Below, piece by piece: positions 53,222-61,500 of a stretch of 64,000 nucleotides of DNA (positions are counted from its first letter, which is position 1; the number at the start of each line of letters is the position of its first letter). The DNA lies in the IMG/VR virus record IMGVR_UViG_3300035696_000034, positions 1 to 64,000 of that record; one strand, 5' to 3'. Both the position numbers and the translations under genes were made by a program. The stretch comes from a virus. Lineage: Duplodnaviria; Caudoviricetes. The notes under the pieces were generated by a model. That model was not told the DNA's origin and ran no database searches. It saw nothing but the letters and a program-made list of their open reading frames with translations.

Positions 53222-53926
53222 TTAATACGCTATTGGGGGTTGTCCTACCTTAACTTTTGTAGCTTGTCCCCCTAGCTCGATACTTAGCATTTTATTTACT
53301 TTCTTTTTTGCTTCTTCTTGGTTATCCGCATATATACCCATCTCACCAGTCTGTCCTGTTGCGGTTATATAGGATACATTAAAGTAATCGTTTAGATTTT
53401 TGGTCATCGGGAACAACGAACCTTTTAGATCTGCTTCCAAAACTCTCTCCTTTGATAGTTCGGCCACTTCTCTTTGTGAACCTATGGCTATTTTCTGCAA
53501 AAACGGTATTAACTCTTCCCTACTTTTACTGACGCCACTAGGTATCAACTTCTCTTGGCCTGTTGTTTCGTCTTGTCTTACAAGATAGATCCCGAAAGGT
53601 CTTTTCAGTGTTTCCTTTGATATACTTCTGACAGGTCCACCAAGAGTCTGACTCACATGAACTTTTGCACCGGTTCTAAACTCGATCTCGTAGTATGTGG
53701 CGTCGTGTGCTATGTTTACTTGTCCTTTGATTTTAGTCCCAGGGATCTTGCTTTGTATTTCTGCGATCAGTCTTTCCTTCTCGCTCTCCTCCGTCTGATA
53801 GAGAGGCATGAATTTACCTATATCAGCACAGAGGGATCTTATTTTTGAAGCTTTGATAAAATAAGATTTATCCTCTAGGACTTGAGCCACTTTCATAAGT
53901 CTCTTGGTAATACTTTGAAAATCCAT
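53222..53926 (-). CDS. Hypothetical, probably virion-associated protein
   Basis: N-terminal RLMKVAQVLEDK...KAS helix shared with neighbours; SD GGAGG. Confidence 0.65.
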   Translation of the reverse strand: MDFQSITKRLMKVAQVLEDKSYFIKASKIRSLCADIGKFMPLYQTEESEKERLIAEIQSKIPGTKIKGQVNIAHDATYYEIEFRTGAKVHVSQTLGGPVRSISKETLKRPFGIYLVRQDETTGQEKLIPSGVSKSREELIPFLQKIAIGSQREVAELSKERVLEADLKGSLFPMTKNLNDYFNVSYITATGQTGEMGIYADNQEEAKKKVNKMLSIELGGQATKVKVGQPPIAY

Positions 53927-53995
53927 GCTATGCCTCCAAATTATTGAAACCTTTTAACTTGCAAACTGTAATAGTAGCTTATTAGAAAATCTTTT

Positions 53996-55762
53996 TTACC
54001 CAAAATAGGAAGACAAAACATTCCTGACAGAGGAATTTCTTATCTTAAAAAAATCTCCGCTTTTTCGGTCTTCTGCACTGGACTTTATCAAAGCCTCAAA
54101 AGCATTTTTATCTTTTAAGATAGACTCTATTAATTTTTTGGCTTCTTCTTTTCTTTTGCTTATATCCGGATCCCCCATACGGCCTTCCATCATCAGCTTT
54201 TTCAATCTGGCTATAACCGCTCCCAAAGCTTCTTTATCTATGCCGTACTGGTCCCTTATCTCGTCTCCAGACAGCGGAGGGACATATTCATATTTATCTC
54301 TTTTGATTAAAAGTCCGTTCTTCTTGTCTTCTTCCACTAGCTTCTTTATTTTAGCTTCCAGATTTTCTACTTTTTTTATTCCTGCTTGATCTTTAGCGTC
54401 GGCTTTCAAAATAGCTATCGCATCATCCAAGTCATCGTGGAGTTTCTCTATGTATATCCTCATCGTCCTTTGTTGAGTGCTGGGTTTTTGACCCTCGAAA
54501 TCCTTAAATCCCATATGGGAATGTACGATATTTTTTACGGAGTTGATAGTCTTGCTGTCAAAAGTAAGCTCTCTCATTATTTTTTCCGTTAATGCGGCAC
54601 TAGCTTTTTCATGACCTATAAATTGTACACGCTGTCTACCCTCTTTGTCCACCTTTTCCGTCTTGGTAGCGATTTTACCTACATCATGGAATAAAGCCGC
54701 AAGACGAGCCTTAAGCGTTGGCGGAGTCTTACTCATGACTTCCATGGTATGATCCCAGACAGATTCGCCTTTATGGAAGACTTTGTCGTGGTAGACGGTA
54801 AGAAGCTTATCAAACTCAGGCGAAAGGTATTTCAGGAACCCAAGCTCCTTCATAAGATTGAGGCCTTGAATAACCTTATTAGAATCGGGGAAGACCAGTA
54901 TCTGCTCGAGCTCATCTCTGATACGCTCTTTAGAGAGCCTGCTGGAGATGTTCTTGTGACCCTCAGGGCTGTTTACGAACTGTTTAATAGTTTCTTTGGT
55001 CTGAGGATCTATCTTGAAATCTGGTAGCTTCCCCTCGAACCGAATTAATCGCATTATTCTTAATGGATCTTCCTCATATATCTTCTGGATGCCTTCAGGA
55101 TGCTCGGGTGGCTTGAGCTTTTTATTTTGAATATCCTGTATGCCTCCAACAAAATCTTTGACCTCACCAGTAACGATATTCTGATAGAGTGCGTTTATCG
55201 TAAGATCTCTTCTCCTACTATCGTCCTCCAGAGAAGTATAATCGACACGAGAAGGGGCTCGTTTCATTTCATCATAAGGTCCTTCTTTTCGTGGAGGAGT
55301 GATCTCTATGACATAGCCAGTCACATCGACTCCGTCTGTTATATAAGCTTGTCTGTTGCTCTCGGCATGATCTTGATGGGGATTAAGAAGAACAACTCCC
55401 CATATACCAAAAGCTTCTTTAAGAGGATGAGGATTATTTGGGGTAGTAATACCTAGAGCTTGTGTGAGTTTTTTGGCGAAGACTTCTGCAGCTTTCATCC
55501 CTTGCTCGGGATCATCGATAACCAGATCGAGATCTTTCGGGTTTCTTCCCAAAAGACGGTCCCTAACAAACCCACCCGTACTATATACTTTGTCTTTGTA
55601 GCTTGGAAATTCGGAGACTATGGTATCCTTAACGAGCTTTTCAACGGCATTGGTTTGTCTGGTTAATTCCTCTTTGGACTTTATTTCGTCCGGGACTTTA
55701 AACGCAGCTCCAGCTTCTCTCTCGTTCAGGAATGAGGAGACTACTCTTAGTTTTGAAACCAT
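53996..55762 (-). CDS. cca: CCA-adding tRNA nucleotidyltransferase with HD domain
   Basis: GGFVRDRLLGRNPKDLDL, DSRRRDLTINAL, EDPLRIMRLIRF, ALFHDVGK. Confidence 0.95.
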   Translation of the reverse strand: MVSKLRVVSSFLNEREAGAAFKVPDEIKSKEELTRQTNAVEKLVKDTIVSEFPSYKDKVYSTGGFVRDRLLGRNPKDLDLVIDDPEQGMKAAEVFAKKLTQALGITTPNNPHPLKEAFGIWGVVLLNPHQDHAESNRQAYITDGVDVTGYVIEITPPRKEGPYDEMKRAPSRVDYTSLEDDSRRRDLTINALYQNIVTGEVKDFVGGIQDIQNKKLKPPEHPEGIQKIYEEDPLRIMRLIRFEGKLPDFKIDPQTKETIKQFVNSPEGHKNISSRLSKERIRDELEQILVFPDSNKVIQGLNLMKELGFLKYLSPEFDKLLTVYHDKVFHKGESVWDHTMEVMSKTPPTLKARLAALFHDVGKIATKTEKVDKEGRQRVQFIGHEKASAALTEKIMRELTFDSKTINSVKNIVHSHMGFKDFEGQKPSTQQRTMRIYIEKLHDDLDDAIAILKADAKDQAGIKKVENLEAKIKKLVEEDKKNGLLIKRDKYEYVPPLSGDEIRDQYGIDKEALGAVIARLKKLMMEGRMGDPDISKRKEEAKKLIESILKDKNAFEALIKSSAEDRKSGDFFKIRNSSVRNVLSSYFG

Positions 55763-55786
55763 AGCTATAATATACTTTTTGAATAA

Positions 55787-56089
55787 TTAAGATCCCCAAA
55801 CTTTCTTTGGAGCAAGAGGTCCCAGACTTCTTTGTGTTATCGTATTTCTCATGAATTCTTCAAGCTTACCTGGTTCTGTTACACTTATGCCTCTTCTTCT
55901 TGCATCATCAACAAGAGCCGTCAAATAAGCTTTCGTATCTGGGTCAGGGGTCTTTTTCATGAGTTCCAGAAGAGACCCCTGTTCAAGAGTATTACTTATT
56001 ATATCTATGACATAAGCGTATTTCATAAGTCCTTTTTGCTCCAAAGCAGAAGCTAGTTTGTCCAAAATAAATACACATTCTTTAATCAC
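55787..56089 (-). CDS. Hypothetical, probably virion-associated protein
   Basis: LDKLASALEQKGLMKYAYVIDIISNTLE. Confidence 0.65.
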   Translation of the reverse strand: MIKECVFILDKLASALEQKGLMKYAYVIDIISNTLEQGSLLELMKKTPDPDTKAYLTALVDDARRRGISVTEPGKLEEFMRNTITQRSLGPLAPKKVWGS

Positions 56090-56094
56090 TGATA

Positions 56095-56862
56095 TTATTC
56101 CTCTGGTTCGAACTTTTCTTTTTCTACTTCCATCTTAGGAAACTTTGATTCCACTGCCTTTACCACAGCAGATTTAAGCTCTTCCAAAGACCCATCATAC
56201 CAGGAAGGGACAGAGGAGTACTGATTTACTCTTGCTAGCGCATTTTGACCATGCCCCGAATCCGGTATAGGAAAATGATCTTTTTTGTCAAGTACTTTTG
56301 GGCTCTCTTTTGGAAATACAGGAGCCGGGCGATCTTTTGTGTGTGGGAGCTCAGCAGACTCCACCGGTCTGCCATATCTGTCACAAGCTTGAGCCTGAGC
56401 AGCTGCTTCCATCTCTTTTTTCTTCCCATGTAGGGCAAAAAACATTGACCCCATCCCTCTGACGCTCGGATCTTCCGACCTCAAAGCCCTACGCGCAGCT
56501 TGGGACATAGATTCGCCTTCATGTCTGTACTTACCAAGTCTTCCTTTTTGAAGCTTAATTCCTTTAATCCATTTTTTCTTTTTTTGTTTAGCAGCTTCCA
56601 ATTCCATTTCTGCAGCTTCCAATTCTTGCATAGCTTCATCGACATAATACCGAGAAGCGGCTATCATCTCTTCTGCTCCATTGACCTCCGTAAAATCCTC
56701 AGTCCCCTCAACAGTAACATCTGACATAACCGCGTCTACGGTCTCTGATGCCTCTACATCTAAAGCGTTGGACACTTCATCAATTTCAGCAGCCTCTTTT
56801 ACAAGTCCTTTACCTTCGAGGCTATTTGAGACTTTGTCTAATTTCTGTGCCAAGGGATGCAT
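56095..56862 (-). CDS. Hypothetical, probably virion-associated protein
   Basis: KLDKVSNSLEGKGLVKEAAEIDEVSNALD; C-terminal HFPIPD..HGQNALARVNQ. Confidence 0.7.
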   Translation of the reverse strand: MHPLAQKLDKVSNSLEGKGLVKEAAEIDEVSNALDVEASETVDAVMSDVTVEGTEDFTEVNGAEEMIAASRYYVDEAMQELEAAEMELEAAKQKKKKWIKGIKLQKGRLGKYRHEGESMSQAARRALRSEDPSVRGMGSMFFALHGKKKEMEAAAQAQACDRYGRPVESAELPHTKDRPAPVFPKESPKVLDKKDHFPIPDSGHGQNALARVNQYSSVPSWYDGSLEELKSAVVKAVESKFPKMEVEKEKFEPEE

Positions 56863-56864
56863 AG

Positions 56865-57530
56865 TTACTCCTTTTTTGAAATTATTGTATTAGCTATTTT
56901 TCTTAGTTTATCTGAAACCATGAATGAAGCCTGTATCTCTTTCTGCCAATCCTTGTCCCTTTTATAAGGTCCGCCTTTTTTGAGCGGTATCGCTTTCTGA
57001 GGCCTTCCACCTCTTACGCCTTTAGCTATCCATGGTTTAATCTGTCTTGGTTGCTGAGGAGCCATAGCCGCGTCCTTGTCTCTTTCCATTATCTTTTTAA
57101 CTTTATCTAAAGTAGTCTCTGCGTCTTTATGCAGGATGCCTATACCACCGGCATCTTCCCATTTCTTTATGTTCTTCTCACGATCATCTATTAATATGCT
57201 ATCCTTATCCGCATATTTTTGTTTCTTATGTTCGATTATATAGGGGACATCAGGAAGATTCTCCTTGAGCCATTCCTTTTTGCCTTCAATCGAACTCGGA
57301 TGATTGGTGGGAGAAGAAAGTATGGTAGGTTCGTATTTCTTTAAACCTTCCCACAGCTCTTTTCCATCAGGCATCCATTCCATAGAATTCCAAAAACTCT
57401 TACCTCTTCTGTTTATGATAGCCCATATCTTAGGATCTTTAAACTCTTTTTCAACAGGTCTTCCCAAGACCTCAGAAAGCTTTTTAGTAAAATCGGTAAG
57501 AGTATTGTCAAGATCTACATATAATGTCAC
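56865..57530 (-). CDS. HAD-family 5'(3')-deoxyribonucleotidase-like protein
   Basis: YVDLDNTLTDF, ILSSP, GKKEWL, LIDDREKNIKKWEDAGGIGI. Confidence 0.85.
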   Translation of the reverse strand: MTLYVDLDNTLTDFTKKLSEVLGRPVEKEFKDPKIWAIINRRGKSFWNSMEWMPDGKELWEGLKKYEPTILSSPTNHPSSIEGKKEWLKENLPDVPYIIEHKKQKYADKDSILIDDREKNIKKWEDAGGIGILHKDAETTLDKVKKIMERDKDAAMAPQQPRQIKPWIAKGVRGGRPQKAIPLKKGGPYKRDKDWQKEIQASFMVSDKLRKIANTIISKKE

Positions 57531-58494
57531 TTGTCAATCTCCATATAAAATTATTTAAAATGTTTGTTTTACTTTTACCGTTTATAATATCATATATAAA
57601 TCTTCTTTTAATATCAAAGTTTCTTTCTATTTCTAGTGCAGAATTCCATTTTTTTATAAAGTTACCAGACAAATCAAACTGATAAATTTCTTTTGCGTGG
57701 TGTGGTTTGAGTCTCTGATAGTTTAGCTGTTCTATGTCTTTTAATTTGTTGTTTTCTATTATAGTCGTTTCAACACGCCTCCAATAACAATTACCAACAA
57801 GATGTGGTTTTTTAAGAGAAGCCCATATATTATATTTTGAAAGTTTTAACTCTCTGGCCGCTGCTGTCATAGAAGACCATTTTCTAACTATATTTCCTTC
57901 TGTACTAATTTGATATACAGGTTTAGATCTAGCAATATTATATTTTTTAAGGTAGCTATCTTCACTACTAAGATATTTCTTCCATTTTTTAGTGTGATAA
58001 TATGGAGGGCGCTTTTTACGAGCATCTGATATTAGCTTTATAGATTTTTTTGAATGCTTTCTTCCGAACATATAATTACCAGTACCCCTTACTCTCATGC
58101 TAATGGCTTCTCTTTGTTTTTTAGTAAATATTCTTCCTGATACTCCTTCTCCTCCCTCGGTAAGATTAGTTAAACTCCCTGTTTTTAAATCTCTCCTGCC
58201 ATATAGTTTTATCAACTCTTTTTCTTTATTTAACGCTTCAACTTCATTTAATGTTTTAAATACAATTTTTATAATAGGCGTGCTACCTTGAGATATTATC
58301 TTAACTATTCTATTAAGTTTATGTCTATTGTTATCCTTTGTGTTTTTTGTCCCTATGGCTTTCTTTATATGATCAAATGGTCTGTTATTTTCTTTGCACT
58401 TATTTGGATAGTTTTTACCTTTACCAACATAAAAAGGTTCTTTTTTAGTAGGATCCCACAACTCATAAACGTAAAATTTGAAACTCATATACAC
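57508..58494 (-). CDS. GIY-YIG homing endonuclease with NUMOD3/NUMOD1 repeats
   Basis: FYVYEL...FYVGKG...EALNKEKELI; KPVYQ...KWSSM and KEIYQFDLSG. Confidence 0.85.
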   Translation of the reverse strand: MYMSFKFYVYELWDPTKKEPFYVGKGKNYPNKCKENNRPFDHIKKAIGTKNTKDNNRHKLNRIVKIISQGSTPIIKIVFKTLNEVEALNKEKELIKLYGRRDLKTGSLTNLTEGGEGVSGRIFTKKQREAISMRVRGTGNYMFGRKHSKKSIKLISDARKKRPPYYHTKKWKKYLSSEDSYLKKYNIARSKPVYQISTEGNIVRKWSSMTAAARELKLSKYNIWASLKKPHLVGNCYWRRVETTIIENNKLKDIEQLNYQRLKPHHAKEIYQFDLSGNFIKKWNSALEIERNFDIKRRFIYDIINGKSKTNILNNFIWRLTSDIICRS

Positions 58495-58579
58495 AGCCTC
58501 ACGACCAAGGCCCTATCAATGAAACTATCTCATTAAATAAATCTAATATACTTTAGAGTTACATATAATACTATAGTAC

Positions 58580-61500
58580 TTATATCTGCAGCTCCCATTT
58601 AAGTAAATCTTTTATAGTAGCCTGCATTGTTGATCCATAAAGTATTCTAGGGTTAAAAAGTTTATGATTCCTGTAAGAAGAACTTTCTATTGACCACTCC
58701 CCTTTACTGAGCTCTTTTTCTAGAGACGCAATAAGACTTTCAGCTCTTGCCACGGTTTTATCAACGTCCTCCTTAAAAGACGGAGTAAACTTGGATTTTT
58801 CTACCGTGGTCAGCATATTATCGACTTCAGACGATACTGCCTTTGCAGCTTTCTCTTCTTTCGTCTTCGTCGGCAGTTCTTCTATCAATTCCTGGTCTTC
58901 TTTGTCCTTTGCATATGCTTTCATTTTATCTCTAAGGCTTGCACGTATCTTAGAGATATAGCTCAGTTCAGCCCCTTCAAGCATTTTATCAAAAACTTTA
59001 TCTACGACTCTCTCTTTTTTCTTCATGGACGCTATAAGCCCGTTAAGTTCCTGGATATCTTTATTCTTCTCAGGATCCAATCCCAACTCTCTAACACCTC
59101 TCTCAAGTTCTTCTTTTCGCTTTTCTAGCTGTTGAGATTTAAGGAACATACCTTTTATCTCAAACTCTCCGCCAGGTGTATCTTTTGCTCTAATATCGGC
59201 TTTTACAAGATTCATAAAATTCATGAGTCTTCTGTTGCTTTTCACACCACTAAAATCTTTATAGGCTCTCCACACATTGTTGTAATACTCGCTGTCTCTT
59301 GGTCCCATGGAAGGCATTATCTGGGCAGGTATTTGAGCCCAGAGGTCATCCAGAGATCTATACAGTTGCCTTAAGAATAGTCTCTTGAGCATGTCCTTTT
59401 CTTGGTCTGTAAAGTCTATGAATTCCCCGGTTTTTGGATTAATGAACTCTTCTAGTCCCCTAATCTTATTCAAAGTTCCTTCGTATTTTTTTGCCTCATC
59501 TTCCAGGCGGTTTTTGATCTTTACGTTTTCAGAAGAATACTCCTGCATCAAATTTTCCAGAGTAGGGACAGCGTCTTCAAGGGTTGTTATTATATTTCCT
59601 GTGCCTCCTGGTATCTCAACTTGTTGCTTGAGTAGAGCTTTGAGTCCAGGAATAATTTCTTCTCTGAGAGCCTTAATATAAGAAGGGACATCTTTAGATA
59701 TCTCATCAAAATATTTAAATGAATCAGAAGGCCCTTCTTTCAAGACCTTCTTGAAATAGCTTATTGTTTTTTCTATCTTCTTATACAGCTCAGGCTTGTC
59801 TTTTACTATAAGGTCTTCTTTTCCTGGGCGTTCCTCTAAAGCTCTTTCATAAGGACTCATTTGAGCATATTCACCATAGGGATCCGTTACTGGGGCTGCT
59901 TTCTTTTCGATATCCCTTTTCTTAGTGGGGATAGTCTGCTCCTGAACAGTAAGCATGACTTCTTTGTCATGTTCTATTACTTTCTTATAATCTTCCTGGA
60001 ACTTTTTCACCTCTTCTATAATCGATCTTAAATCTGTAAATTTAGGATCTAAAACCTTAGCAAGTTCCTTGGATTCCTGATAGGTTCTGCCACGTTTAAT
60101 AAGATCCGATATGCTCTTCAAAAAATCTGCAGAGTTTTCATAAGCCCTAGCAGCCATGTCATCTACAACTTTTTTGGATTTTTCAATTTCCGAATAATAG
60201 TAGGATATATTGGCATTTATTTTGTTGAGAACATTTTCCTGTTCTTTCTCCATTTTGAATTTTTCAGATATGTCTCCTCCTGCAGGAGTAGCCCTAGCCC
60301 TCTCCTCATAGAAATTTTTCAAGTTGTTATACTGAGTAATGAGTCCTTCTTTTGCTTCTTGCATTATTCCAATAGAATCTTTTGCAGCTAAAATAGCATT
60401 TAACGGTTGTATTACTGAAACTTTAAAATTCCTAATATTCAAAGCTTCTGGTTTTGGAACATTGATTTTTTTTTCTGCTGGGCTTCTGTAGTCGATAACA
60501 GGACCGGCTTTGGGTACATTTTCTAACATAGCTTTTGTAGCTGCCAGCTGCTCATCAAACTGTGCCTTTATACGAGAAACAGGTACTTTTTTGACCCTGT
60601 TTATATGCTCATTTTTTTCATTCAAGATGGAAACGATATTAGATTTTAGGCTATCTACTCCAGTTTTGTATTTCTCATCATCATCGATTGGTTCCGTTAC
60701 TCCTTTAAGGAGGTTCTCAATCCATCTCGTCTTATGACGACTTCTGTCTTTTTGTAGTTCTTTGTACCAACGGCTACTGGTAACATCAGAGGGCATCTTT
60801 CTAACTTCTTTTTCTACTTCCTTCGGCATCTCTTTAAGAGATTTCAAAGCCTGTTCTTTGGATTTTATGAACTTTGAAAGATCCAAAGGAGTTCCCTCTA
60901 TAACCTTCCAATGGTCTTCGATATCTTTTTTGGAAGGTAATTCTTTAAAACTTGTCCCAGCTATCTCATTAAACTTATCTATGAATGTTTTGTCATCTTC
61001 TTTATCTTTTGCTACAGATCCTTTTAGCTCATTGTTAACAAAACGATTCAGATCTTTCCTCATCTCAGCCCAAGGAGGAAGATCGGTATACTTTGTCCCG
61101 AATTTGTCATTGTAGGATTTTAAGAAAGCAGATATGTCACCCTGGCGCTTTCCCTCTTTTAGACCAACAATAACCTCATTGTTATTTGGTTCTTTTGCCC
61201 AAGCTGCCACTTCTTCTTGAATTGATTCTTTTGTTCTCTTAAGATCAGGATTAACAATCCTCTCCATTACACTTATGCCTTTGGAGTTTTTCTTATTCTC
61301 TGACCATGTAATTAGATCTTTCAGTGTAGAAATTTTGGCTTCTTCCGCTTTTTGAGCTCCTGGTAACTTTGCTTTTTCCCCAGCTACCGATTTTTCAAGT
61401 TTTTCCAGAGGATCCAAAACAAATTCCAAAGCACCTTCGATCTGTTTGATATGCTTATCTCTTAAAGTTTGCAGTTTGTCACGCAATCCTTCTTCAACCG

